Shown one piece after another: positions 26,757 to 36,404 of a stretch of DNA of 64,000 nt (position 1 is the first letter of the stretch; each line of letters opens with the position of its first letter). The stretch lies in assembly GCA_050117845.1 (NCBI GenBank), contig JASFLY010000007.1, positions 42,130 through 106,129 on the forward strand. The letters are read 5' to 3'. This DNA is from Candidatus Zixiibacteriota bacterium. GTDB lineage: Bacteria > RBG-13-66-14 > B26-G2 > WVWN01. The notes under the pieces are model-generated. The model was given only the letters and a program-made list of their open reading frames with translations, was not told the origin of the DNA and searched no databases. The position numbers were made by a program, and so were the translations under genes.

Positions 26757-29570
26757 TTAGCGGGACCCCACTACGAGTTTACGGGTCGCGCTGCTGTCGC
26801 CTGCCGTCAGGCGATAGAGGTAAACGCCCGCCGGCAACGGCCGGCCGGAGTCGTCCTTGAGCGCGTAAGCTTCGTTGTTGGCGCCGGCACCGCGCGGAGC
26901 GTCAACCACCGTCGCGACGCGGCGTCCACTCAGGTCGTAAACCACCAATTCCACGTGGGAGTTGGTCGGCAAGCTGTAGGCGAATACGGTTTCGGTATCC
27001 GCCGGGTTAGGATAGTTCTGATGCAGGCTGAACACCGTCGGTTTACCCGAAGGCGGCGTCGAGCCCTTTTTCGCGCCGTAGCCCAGCACGAACTTGCCCA
27101 AACGATCGGTGGCCGCCACTACGCGGCGGGCCCGCCGGTCGATGGTGCCGCCCAGGTCTTCCCAACCGGTACCGTTCCAACGGTAGACCGAGAGGTAGTC
27201 TTCGCGCCGTACATCGAGGCCGTCGTAGGACAGCGTTACTTCGGCGGGTTTCGCCAGACGCGCCCAGCTCGGCGACATGTCGTACGCGGGGCCGAGGGTT
27301 TCGACCGCAACGCCGTTGTTAATGGACGCTGTAGCGGCCAGAGAAGCACCGCTGTTTCTTTCTCCCTGTGGCGTGACAAGGAAGAGCGTCGCCCGACCTA
27401 CGGTTCCGGCCGGTAGTTTGAGCGAGGCGTCGTCGTCACCGATAACGCCGCCGCCCGCCGCGAGGAAGCCGGCGCTGAAGTTCTTTTCGCCGGACGCGAG
27501 GTTGCCACCCTTATCAGCGGCGTTCCATTTCATCATCCCCGAACCGGTTTCGCCGATATCGAGGATAAACGTTCCGTTGAAGCTTTGGCCGCTCGGCGAA
27601 GCGGTTAAAGGAACGAGTTCCGCCCGGTCTTCGCCGCTCGTCGAATCGAACCAGACTTCGATTTCGGGTTTGCCGTATAGCTCTTCGTCCGAGCCCACCA
27701 GCAACTCGAGGTAATCGGGGTTCGCCTGAAGGATGGCCACGCTACCGGCTACGCGAGGGGCGGTGTTGTCGCTCGTCGATTCGAAGGAGTACTGGAACGG
27801 TAACGAGGTTCCGACGGTGGCGGTACAGGAGAAGACCGCGACTATGGCGTCGTACTGGCCGGGGTTGTTTATCCGGACGATACCCGTGTCTTCAGGGGTG
27901 AACATCCGCGTCATGCAACCGGCGTTGCCGTTGAGGTCGGTCCAGGTCGTCCCGTTCGTGGTAACGGCTACCGCGCCGCCCCAGTCTTTACTATCAGCCT
28001 CGTTGCTCTCGTCGCCTTCGAAATGTATTATCAAGTGGTTCCAGGTCGGAGGATCGTTGAAGAGGAAGTATCCGGCGCCGCAATGGTTCATGTAGTAACT
28101 TTCGCCCGGAACGAAATTGACGATGGGGTATTCGCCGGTTCCCCACGTATTCGAGAGGCCCACTTCCGCAAGCCGAGCACCATACCGGTAGTGGTTGCCG
28201 TCATCCCGTACTCCGGTGAACCAGTTCCAGGCCGTGAATTCCTCGTACGTTTCGGCGAAGGCCCGGCCGTTGAGGTAATCGTTCTTAAGGTCGTGCAGCT
28301 CGGTAAGATACCCGGCCGCTTCCTTGCTTTCACGGTTGACCGACGGGTCGTTGGTGTACCACTCATCGCCGTTGGAAAGGGCGCGCCACACGTTACGAAC
28401 CATGGCCCCTTCCCATTTGTCTTCCAGCGGTTGCCAATCCGGCAGTTTCCAGTAACGGACCGCCCGATCGTTCAGGAAGAAGTTCCAGGCAACGGTCTCG
28501 TAACCGCCGTCGTCGGTGCCGTCCAGAGAGACGTACGGGTGGCCGAGGTAACCGGCGGCACGACCGATGGCTTGGTCCTCACCCGGGAAAACTTCGTTCT
28601 GGGCCCAAACGGCGGTACATTCAAAATACCACCGGGGCGTCGCGCTCGGGCTGGACTCGATGGCGTCATACATGTACTGGACGCCGTGGTTCAACTCGTG
28701 AGACACCGTAACGCGTTCCGGATAAGTACCCGTAGGACCGTCGTAGTGGTTGCGTTCCATGAAGTACGGCGTCCGGTCGTTGCGGTAGGTTGTCGGGAAA
28801 TCGTACGGGTCGTTCGTCGTCATCCCGAGAACGTTGCCGTTGAAACGCCCCAGGTACATATCCCAACGGTCGTTTCCGCCGTAGTCATACTCTTCGTCCG
28901 GCGGATAATCCAAGTCGGGATAGTAATCCCGAAGCGGCATAATCTGCTCGTACGGGTCGTAGAACCACTGATGGTCGGCGTACACCTTCCAGGCGTATTC
29001 GGCGTCGTACGCGTAATTTTCGACCATGTCGGGTACGCCGTTGTTGTTGAGGTCGCTCGTATCGTCGATGGCGTGCACGCCTTTCTCCACCCAGTGGACG
29101 CGGAAGTTAGTCCCGCCATCCTTGGGCTGAGAATCGTACGTGTAAACCTCGAACCCTTCGTAGTTCGAATAGATACCGAACGCGGAGTTGAGGCTACGGT
29201 AAACGGTACCGCCGTCCATCTGAGCCGGCTCGAAGGGATCGGCGCCGTAAGCGTCGATTATGACACGCTTCGCTTCGGGCTTCATGCTATCCCAGCGGCC
29301 TTGGAGTTCGAGCCATACGTGAGTACCGCTTACGGGTTCCGGCGCGTAGTAGTCGGACCGGTACCGTTCGGGTATACTCTCTACACCGACGAGCGAAAGG
29401 CCGAGGTACCGATAGGCCAACGCCATATCGGGATCCAACTCGCCCCTTTCGACCGCGGTATTTACCTTGTATATTACCGTGTCTTCACGGTCGACGACTT
29501 TAAGGTCACTGGCGCCGACGGCACCTACGACCACGGCCGCGACAGCGAACAGTAGAATCGTCTTTCTCAT
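26757..29570 (-). CDS. Secreted putative Zn-metalloprotease (MXAN_6640-like) with ZU5-like and T9SS-like CTD; paralog of 22099-24840
   Basis: SHELNHGVQYMYD...WYFECTAVWAQNE; colinear similarity to 22099-24840; FSLHQNYPNP...PAGVYLYRL. Confidence 0.7.
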   Translation of the reverse strand: MRKTILLFAVAAVVVGAVGASDLKVVDREDTVIYKVNTAVERGELDPDMALAYRYLGLSLVGVESIPERYRSDYYAPEPVSGTHVWLELQGRWDSMKPEAKRVIIDAYGADPFEPAQMDGGTVYRSLNSAFGIYSNYEGFEVYTYDSQPKDGGTNFRVHWVEKGVHAIDDTSDLNNNGVPDMVENYAYDAEYAWKVYADHQWFYDPYEQIMPLRDYYPDLDYPPDEEYDYGGNDRWDMYLGRFNGNVLGMTTNDPYDFPTTYRNDRTPYFMERNHYDGPTGTYPERVTVSHELNHGVQYMYDAIESSPSATPRWYFECTAVWAQNEVFPGEDQAIGRAAGYLGHPYVSLDGTDDGGYETVAWNFFLNDRAVRYWKLPDWQPLEDKWEGAMVRNVWRALSNGDEWYTNDPSVNRESKEAAGYLTELHDLKNDYLNGRAFAETYEEFTAWNWFTGVRDDGNHYRYGARLAEVGLSNTWGTGEYPIVNFVPGESYYMNHCGAGYFLFNDPPTWNHLIIHFEGDESNEADSKDWGGAVAVTTNGTTWTDLNGNAGCMTRMFTPEDTGIVRINNPGQYDAIVAVFSCTATVGTSLPFQYSFESTSDNTAPRVAGSVAILQANPDYLELLVGSDEELYGKPEIEVWFDSTSGEDRAELVPLTASPSGQSFNGTFILDIGETGSGMMKWNAADKGGNLASGEKNFSAGFLAAGGGVIGDDDASLKLPAGTVGRATLFLVTPQGERNSGASLAATASINNGVAVETLGPAYDMSPSWARLAKPAEVTLSYDGLDVRREDYLSVYRWNGTGWEDLGGTIDRRARRVVAATDRLGKFVLGYGAKKGSTPPSGKPTVFSLHQNYPNPADTETVFAYSLPTNSHVELVVYDLSGRRVATVVDAPRGAGANNEAYALKDDSGRPLPAGVYLYRLTAGDSSATRKLVVGSR

Positions 29571-29876
29571 ACTATCATCCCTTTCTTAGAACCCGTATTT
29601 GGCCTAAGGTTTTTTTGGGTTATTATCCTCTCTTAAACGCATTCCACGCTACCATAGCGATATATCCGTGTCAAGGTATTTTTAGTGACGTCCATCTCTT
29701 CTTCGCCCGGTCGGACCCGCCTCTTTACGGCCCCCCGGGCATCACCCGGCTCCGTTCTTTCATCGTGTCATCCCCTTTGCTATCGTTTTTCAGCTCCTTG
29801 GAAATCTATACCCTTTATTAATTCCACTATATATCTTTAAACGGCTCTCGCCTTACGCCGCTCTACTCCTACGCCG

Positions 29877-30500
29877 TTAAGCGAGCCGCTTTTCAGCCTT
29901 CTCTTTTATCGCCGCCAATTCGACGAGCCGCGACGTTATTTCGGCCAAACCGTCCTCGAACCGCCCTCGGGCGCCGTCGTCCTCGATCCCCCCGAGGTTT
30001 ATTTGTATATTGTAACCGGCGGCCCGAGCCGCGGCCTCGAGGCATAACGCGCCGCACGCGACGTCGGATATCGCGCTTTTGGAACCAAACTCGGCCAGAG
30101 CGGCGCCGGCCGCGTACGCTTCCAACGCTTTCCGTGCCGTTTCGAGCGGCACCTCCGCTGCCCCTATCGTCGCTTCTTCAATCGCCGCCTTCCGTGCTTC
30201 TTTCTCGGCTTCTTCCTCCTTCGGCATTTTAAACGCGGCCATAACTTTATCAAAAGCCGCCGCGTCCTCGTCTATTAATTCCGTAAAACGTTGTTGGACG
30301 GGCCGCAGCTTTGCCAGCGCCTCTTCGATCGGCGTTTTATCCTCCGGTTTCTTTTTCCTCATAGTTATCTCGCCGACCATAATAAAAAGAGAAACCCCCA
30401 ACGCCCCGGCCAACGCCGCGACGCTGCCGCCCCCGGGGACGGGTTCCGAACTCGCCAAAGTATTTAAGAATTCACCGATAGTCTCTTTGTCGTACGGCAT
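29877..30500 (-). CDS. Cyclodeaminase/cyclohydrolase family protein (FTCD_C; FchA-like)
   Basis: LASSEPVPGGGSVAA, LIDEDAAAF..VMAAFKMPK, AAEVPLE, AISDV, NIQINL. Confidence 0.9.
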   Translation of the reverse strand: MPYDKETIGEFLNTLASSEPVPGGGSVAALAGALGVSLFIMVGEITMRKKKPEDKTPIEEALAKLRPVQQRFTELIDEDAAAFDKVMAAFKMPKEEEAEKEARKAAIEEATIGAAEVPLETARKALEAYAAGAALAEFGSKSAISDVACGALCLEAAARAAGYNIQINLGGIEDDGARGRFEDGLAEITSRLVELAAIKEKAEKRLA

Positions 30501-30630
30501 TTCGACCTCCGAATTCCATTACTTTATTGAACTATGCCTTCCCGCCCGATAATGATAATAGTTCCTAATACCAATATACATTATCAGGCCGGCCGTGTCA
30601 AGCTTTTTCGGCTCTACCGGGGCCTATTTC

Positions 30631-32382
30631 TTACGATTCCCGGATTTGCTCGCCGTCCCGGAAAAGGTAGCGCTTTATCTTTCTCGTCGTCGTTTTCGGG
30701 AACTCCTCTTTTCGGATTTTTATTATCTTCACTCTTTTATAATCGGCTAGTGTTTGGCTGCACGCCCCGACGGCGTCCCGGACCTGACGTTCCGCGAACG
30801 CGTCGTCAAACGGTTCCCCGGCCCGCGCGGCTTCGCCCTCTAGGTATTCGTAGTCCGGGAAGACCACCGCGCCGACGGTCTCGCGGCCGGTCGACGGGTC
30901 GGACATCGGCATGACCGCGACCTCCGCCACGACGGGCGACGCGGCCAACTCCGCCTCTATCTCTTCCGGGTAAACGTTCTTCCCGGCCGCCGTCACGATG
31001 ACGTTCTTAATACGTCCTGTAATATATATGTATCCCTCGCGATCCAGCCAGCCGGCGTCCCCGGTATATAGCCACCCGTCGCGCAGGACACTCTGCGTTA
31101 AAGCCGGGTCTTCGTAATAACCCACCATTATATTGTCGCCGGCGACCGCGACCTCGCCCACTCCCTCGGCGTCCGGGTTCGATATGCGGACCTCGACGCC
31201 GGGGATGATAACGCCGCTCGATGCGAACTTGATCCGGTCGAGCGGGTTCACGGAAACGACGGGGGACGTTTCGGTCAAGCCGTAACCGGGCAGGAGGTTC
31301 AGGCCGAGATAATAAAAAGTCCGGGCGACCTCCGCCTTGAGCGGGGCCGCTCCCGATATAAACATCCGAATGGTCTCGAGGCCCGCCTTCTTCCTCAGGC
31401 CGGCGAAGAAAAGTTTTCCGAAATTAGCGCCCGTGAGGACGTGTGCCGCCCGCGTGACGGCCATCATCGTGTGGAAGAGCGCCCGGGTAAGGGGCGGCGC
31501 GTCGTTTATCGCCCGGCGCAACCCGCCGAGCATCTTTTCGTAAAGTAAAGGGACGCCGCACATCATCGTCACGCCGGCGCCCCGCAAATCCTCGACTATC
31601 TCCTTGGACTTGAAAGATCGCGCGTAGGTGATGGAGGAGCCCCCGGATATCGGAATTAGCATCCCGGCCGTCGCCTCGAAGGTATGGTGGAGCGGCAAAA
31701 GCGAGAGGAACACGTCGCGCTCGTCGAACGGCAACGCCTGGTACACCTGATGCACGTTCGCGCCCAGGTTACGGTGGGACAACATCGCGGCCTTCGACGT
31801 TCCGGTCGTCCCACTTGTAAATAGGAGTACCGCCAAGTCGTCGAGTTCCACTTCCCGCTCGAGGAAACCCGCGCGCGCCTTTTCGCCCTCACCCGCGGCG
31901 AGCGTAGCCGCCCAGCCCCTGACCGGCGCCGGCCCCTCCTCCCCCTCCCCCATCGAGATAATTCCTCGCACGCGGGCCAACACCTCGCGAAGAGGCTTGA
32001 CGGTCGCGAGGGCCGACGGCGCCGACACGACGACCTCGACGCCGGCCTTCTCCATTATCCCGCCGAGCTCTTTTTCCTTCAACTGCGGGTCGAGGGGGAC
32101 GCAAACCGCTCCGCCCGAAAGTACCGCCAAATACGCCACCGCCCACTCGTAGCGGTTCTCGCCGATAACGGCCACGCGTGTCCCGGGGCCTACCCCTAAA
32201 AGCGAAAGCGCCGTCCCCAAACGGACGACGTCCTCGTATAACTGCTCGTAGGTGGTGGTGGAGTACTCGCCGTTCGGCTGACGCTTGCGGGCGAAGACGT
32301 ACTGGCCGAACTCCCGTCGCGCCCGCTCGACGAGTTCGGGGATCGTGTATACACCTATGCCGGGACGGACACCTTTAACCAT
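30631..32382 (-). CDS. Long-chain-fatty-acid--CoA ligase (AMP-binding)
   Basis: LFTSGTTGTSKAAMLSH, LPLHHTFE, GYGLTETSP, GWLYTGD, GRIKNVIV..GKNVYPEEIE. Start placed at MVKGVRP. Confidence 0.9.
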   Translation of the reverse strand: MVKGVRPGIGVYTIPELVERARREFGQYVFARKRQPNGEYSTTTYEQLYEDVVRLGTALSLLGVGPGTRVAVIGENRYEWAVAYLAVLSGGAVCVPLDPQLKEKELGGIMEKAGVEVVVSAPSALATVKPLREVLARVRGIISMGEGEEGPAPVRGWAATLAAGEGEKARAGFLEREVELDDLAVLLFTSGTTGTSKAAMLSHRNLGANVHQVYQALPFDERDVFLSLLPLHHTFEATAGMLIPISGGSSITYARSFKSKEIVEDLRGAGVTMMCGVPLLYEKMLGGLRRAINDAPPLTRALFHTMMAVTRAAHVLTGANFGKLFFAGLRKKAGLETIRMFISGAAPLKAEVARTFYYLGLNLLPGYGLTETSPVVSVNPLDRIKFASSGVIIPGVEVRISNPDAEGVGEVAVAGDNIMVGYYEDPALTQSVLRDGWLYTGDAGWLDREGYIYITGRIKNVIVTAAGKNVYPEEIEAELAASPVVAEVAVMPMSDPSTGRETVGAVVFPDYEYLEGEAARAGEPFDDAFAERQVRDAVGACSQTLADYKRVKIIKIRKEEFPKTTTRKIKRYLFRDGEQIRES

Positions 32383-32451
32383 TATATTCTTTACGGCGGG
32401 ATAAAGCAGGATTTTATCGGAACGGCGATTCCGCGTCAAGGTTTTTTTGGG

Positions 32452-33306
32452 TTAACCGCCGCGAGTTTCCCCATCCATTTCGGCCGCGGGGAACGTTATT
32501 TCGCCGCGCAGAACGAGACGACGGTAAAAGGCCCCAAGACCTACCGTCAGATATGCCGCGGCCCAGAAAAGCGCCGTTACGACGTTGCCCGCCGGCCCGT
32601 AGAGGCCGGCCTCGGTGAGGTGCCAGTGGATGGCGTTGCCGGCGGCGTAGAAGATGAGGCCCAGCGCCAGCTGGGCCCAGGGCCTACCCATACCACGGCC
32701 GCCGTAGAGCGCTATGACGATGAGCGCGAGCGCCCCCAACGCAAAGTTGGCCGTGGCCAAAAAGACGTCGGCCACGCGGTCACCCGGCGTAAGGCCGGGG
32801 TTCCGTAGAGCCGGGATTATTACGAAATGGACCGCGAGTAGTAAGGCCAAACCCGCGGTAGCCAACGCGCCGGCCAGAGCCTGGCCGGAGACGCGTGATG
32901 GGCGTCGCACCACCTTCACCGCGAGCGCCGCTATAACGAAAGCCGCGCCCACGCCCCACGACCAATCCGAGAACGAAGGATACGGCATCGCCGCGGCCCG
33001 CAAGGCTACGTTGTAAAAAGTGTAAACGGCGCCGGCGAACCATCCGAGCGCGCCGAGCGAAAATAGAACCCACGTCAAGCGGAGGGCCGGTTGCCGTCGC
33101 GAGGCCCGGAACGCCCGGATCACGAAAAACGCCGCCACCGCCGAGGCCGTCGCCAGGGCACCGGATATAGTAACCCCACGGGCCACCCCTTCACCCGGCA
33201 TCACGATAATCGCGACGCCGAGAACGACGAGCGACAACAACATTACCCGCAGGTATATATTCAGCTTCCTCACGCCGATACCCCGGCCGCGCCGGGACAC
33301 CCCCAC
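32452..33306 (-). CDS. Hypothetical polytopic membrane protein (about 8 TM, sensor-like, no output domain)
   Basis: Multiple TM helices, PYPSFSD motif as in membrane sensor modules. Start is uncertain (GTG 33273 is possible). Confidence 0.6.
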   Translation of the reverse strand: MGVSRRGRGIGVRKLNIYLRVMLLSLVVLGVAIIVMPGEGVARGVTISGALATASAVAAFFVIRAFRASRRQPALRLTWVLFSLGALGWFAGAVYTFYNVALRAAAMPYPSFSDWSWGVGAAFVIAALAVKVVRRPSRVSGQALAGALATAGLALLLAVHFVIIPALRNPGLTPGDRVADVFLATANFALGALALIVIALYGGRGMGRPWAQLALGLIFYAAGNAIHWHLTEAGLYGPAGNVVTALFWAAAYLTVGLGAFYRRLVLRGEITFPAAEMDGETRGG

Positions 33307-33324
33307 GTCACCCGGTATTTTCTA

Positions 33325-34299
33325 CTACCGGAAAATCGCCTTTACCCGACCCAGGGACGCCGGCTCCACCGCCGGACCGGACCAACGGAAATACTGTATG
33401 CGGTTATTCCCGCGATCGACGACGTATAAGCGAGCGCCGGTGGGCGAAAACGCGACGGCCATGGGATCCTCGAACTGGCCGTCTCCGCTTCCCCGTTCAC
33501 CGAATTTCCCGACGTACTCGCCGGCCGGCGTAAAGTATTGTATCCGGTGATTATTTATGTCCGTCACGTAGATGCGATTATCGCCGGGTGATAAGGCTGG
33601 GCCGTGGGGGCCGCGAAAGAAACCGTTCCCGTTGCCATATCCGCCGAATTTCCCCAGAAAAGACCCGGTCGGCGAAAAGCGCTGTACCCGGTCGTTGAAA
33701 TAATCGGTAACGTAAACGTTCCCGGGTCGGTTGAACGTCAGGGCCGAGCAATAATCGAATTGGCCGTTCAGCGGGCCGGTCGTACCCCATTTGCCGAGAA
33801 AAGACCCCGAGGACGTGAAGTACTGGATACGATCGTTGTCTTGGTCCGCGACGTAAAAGTCGCCGTTCGCGGCGCACCCGCACCCGAAAGGCGAATCGAA
33901 TTCTCCGTCGCCCGTCCCGTACGAGCCCCATTTCCCCAGAAACGACCCTGTCGACGTAAAATACTGGATACGATTACTGTAGCCGTCGACGACGTACACC
34001 CGGTACCCGGGGCCTACCGCGATCCCGGTGGGCGCTTCGAACAAACCATTCCCTGACCCCTCGCGGCCCCATTTACCGCGAAAACTACCGGCCGGCGAGA
34101 AATATTGAACGCGGCAGTTGCGCCCGTCGGTAACGAACACCCTGCCGTCCGGGCCCACGGCTATAGCAGCGGGCCAATCGAATTGGCCGTTACCGCTCCC
34201 CGACGAACCCCATTGTCCTTCGTAAACCCATACGCCCCCGACGCCAACCGGCACGGCCAGAATGATGGCCGCTACCATTAACACGACTAGCTTCCCCAT
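33325..34299 (-). CDS. Secreted NHL-repeat 6-bladed beta-propeller with the short conserved C-terminal tail
   Basis: Six repeats of GxWGxxGxGxGxFxxPxxxAxxPxGxxYVxDxxNxRIQYF; ends AVEPASLGRVKAIFR. Confidence 0.88.
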   Translation of the reverse strand: MGKLVVLMVAAIILAVPVGVGGVWVYEGQWGSSGSGNGQFDWPAAIAVGPDGRVFVTDGRNCRVQYFSPAGSFRGKWGREGSGNGLFEAPTGIAVGPGYRVYVVDGYSNRIQYFTSTGSFLGKWGSYGTGDGEFDSPFGCGCAANGDFYVADQDNDRIQYFTSSGSFLGKWGTTGPLNGQFDYCSALTFNRPGNVYVTDYFNDRVQRFSPTGSFLGKFGGYGNGNGFFRGPHGPALSPGDNRIYVTDINNHRIQYFTPAGEYVGKFGERGSGDGQFEDPMAVAFSPTGARLYVVDRGNNRIQYFRWSGPAVEPASLGRVKAIFR

Positions 34300-34358
34300 T
34301 TTTTACCTCCTCCATTTGTTCGCCGAATACTAACATTACTGGTAGGACCGGGCAATGG

Positions 34359-34589
34359 AAAACCCCGGCCCGAAGGCCGGGGGTTATCGTGCATTATAGT
34401 ATAATTGTTATATTACTCGACGACGACCAGCTTACGGGCCGCCGTATTCCCGCCGGCCTCCAGCCGGTACGTGTACACGCCCGGCGCCAGCGTCGAGACG
34501 TCCACGCTTACCTCGTTGTCGCCGGCCTTGGCGACCCCGGCGAAAGGTACGGCGACTTTGCGGCCCGATATGTCGTATATCGTTACCGT
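34359..34589. repeat. Direct repeat copy 1: terminator plus the 3' end of a CTD-coding sequence
   Basis: Aligns without gaps to 37239-37469 (offset 2880). I count 4 mismatches in the 176 coding nt 34414-34589, and both copies carry the same CCCCGGCCCGAAGGCCGGGG hairpin. Confidence 0.92.
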
Positions 34590-36365
34590 GGCCTCGCCCG
34601 CCGTCGGGACCGAAAACGCCACAGTCGTATTATCGCGCGCCGGGTTGGGGTAGTTCTGGGAGAGGGCGAACGCGGCCTTGACGCCCGCCGTGCATTCTAC
34701 CGGGCCGTGCCGCTCCGCCGCGCCGGCGAGGGGGACTACCTCCAACCAGTAGTGGTACGTGTTGCCGGCATCGACAACCTCGTCGAGATAGCGGTAGGGA
34801 GACTCGCCGGTTATAAGTTCGGCGTTAATCTTCGCCGGTTCGGAGGTCGTCGGGACGCCCCCGACCTCCCGGAAGAGGTTGAAACCGGCGAAGGCCTCGC
34901 CCACTTCCCAGCGCAGGGCGACGCCCCGGTCGCAGGGAGTGGCGGCGAATCCCTTGACGTCGATGCCGATATTAACCTTGTTCAGGAAGACCTTATTAGT
35001 AGCGCCGTAGGGGTAGCCGCTCGAGGTAGTACACGCAACCGCCACGTCGGGCCAGCCGTCGCCGTTTATATCGCCGACGTCAATATCGTGGATAGAAAAC
35101 GGCGGCCCCGGTGCGTAATGCCATTGTGGTCTCGCCGGGATTTTACCGCCTTTCCAGAAGTAGCCGAGAACGCCACTGCCGGAATCCTGGATTAAATCTA
35201 ATAAACCGTCGCCGTCGGCGTCGACGAAACAAGAGTTGCGGTTATGGGTGTACACTTCAGATTCCCAATCCGGCGTATCCGGCAGGACGCCGTGGTCGGA
35301 GAAATAAAGGTCGGCATACCGGTCGACGCATCCAGCCCCCAGGCCGCAAATCCCTTTCACGAGGTCGAGCCACCCGTCGGCATTGGCGTCCCCCCACGCC
35401 AACGCGTGGCACCTTCCCGGATTATCTTCGCTACGCCAGCAGTGTGTTTGTTCGAGGACGCCGCCGTTATTGCGAAAGATAAAAACGTATCCCTCTTGCG
35501 TCTGGCTCCCGGCGAACGTTCCTCCCGCAAGGTCCATATCGCCATCGGCATCGAAGTCGCCCCAGGCAACGTCGTAAGCGTTTAAGTAGTCGATGGACCA
35601 TGACGGCGCGTCCTCGAGCGTCCCCGCCGTATTCTTGAAGATGTAGAATTGGTCCAGCCAAAGGTCGGCTACCGCCAACTCCAAGTACCCGTCGTTGTCG
35701 ACGTCCCCCCACGCAAGGCCCGTCGGCGCCGACCCTGGCATATATTTACTCCACGAGGGCGTAGCCTCCAAACCGGCGCCCGTATTCCTGTAAACCTTGA
35801 CGAGTTCGTCCCCCAATACGGCGACGTCCACGTCGCCGTCGGCATCGAAATCCGCGGCCGCCGCTTCGCCCGAGTAATCTTCCGTTTCCGATAACCATTC
35901 GGCGAAGCGGCTAAGGCGGCCGTCCGCATTTGCGTAGACGACGTCCCGGCCGTCAGTCTCTAGGCGTATTTCGTTGGCGGCGAAAAGGTCGAGTCGATTG
36001 GACCAGGTGTAAGCGACCGAGATAAGCGCGGCTGGCGCGGGCGCGTCTTTCAACGAGTACCACCCGGCGTGAGCGTCGAAACAATAGTCACTACGCGGCA
36101 CAACCTGGCCGTTAATCTTAATCTCGCGAATACTAAGCGCGGGCCAGTGGTCCAGGTAGAAGACGTGTTTCTGGCCGTCGCCGTCCTTCCATTCGGACGG
36201 TACGTATTGCCACCCGTCGCCGTTGAAATCGCCCAACGCTACGCCCCATGTCGAGCGCTTGTCGGCGCTCACCCAATCGGCGCGGAAATTATAGGGCGGG
36301 CGGGCCGACGCCGAAGCAGCTATTACTAACCCCGCGGCCACGACAACGAATATTATCTTCTTCAT
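34413..36365 (-). CDS. Secreted FG-GAP/VCBS repeat protein with Ig-like and T9SS-like CTD
   Basis: Repeated AWGDxDxDGxxDLA; FALSQNYPNPARD..IYDISGRKV..APGVYTYRLEAG. Confidence 0.85.
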   Translation of the reverse strand: MKKIIFVVVAAGLVIAASASARPPYNFRADWVSADKRSTWGVALGDFNGDGWQYVPSEWKDGDGQKHVFYLDHWPALSIREIKINGQVVPRSDYCFDAHAGWYSLKDAPAPAALISVAYTWSNRLDLFAANEIRLETDGRDVVYANADGRLSRFAEWLSETEDYSGEAAAADFDADGDVDVAVLGDELVKVYRNTGAGLEATPSWSKYMPGSAPTGLAWGDVDNDGYLELAVADLWLDQFYIFKNTAGTLEDAPSWSIDYLNAYDVAWGDFDADGDMDLAGGTFAGSQTQEGYVFIFRNNGGVLEQTHCWRSEDNPGRCHALAWGDANADGWLDLVKGICGLGAGCVDRYADLYFSDHGVLPDTPDWESEVYTHNRNSCFVDADGDGLLDLIQDSGSGVLGYFWKGGKIPARPQWHYAPGPPFSIHDIDVGDINGDGWPDVAVACTTSSGYPYGATNKVFLNKVNIGIDVKGFAATPCDRGVALRWEVGEAFAGFNLFREVGGVPTTSEPAKINAELITGESPYRYLDEVVDAGNTYHYWLEVVPLAGAAERHGPVECTAGVKAAFALSQNYPNPARDNTTVAFSVPTAGEATVTIYDISGRKVAVPFAGVAKAGDNEVSVDVSTLAPGVYTYRLEAGGNTAARKLVVVE

Positions 36366-36404
36366 CTCGGTAAACCTCCTCGCACGGGGCGCGCTACTCC
36401 CCGG

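Noticed and set aside
29725..29763. Small ORF with an RBS-like sequence between the cyclohydrolase and protease genes
   Set aside because: Only 12 codons (MKERSRVMPGGP) with no features to support it.
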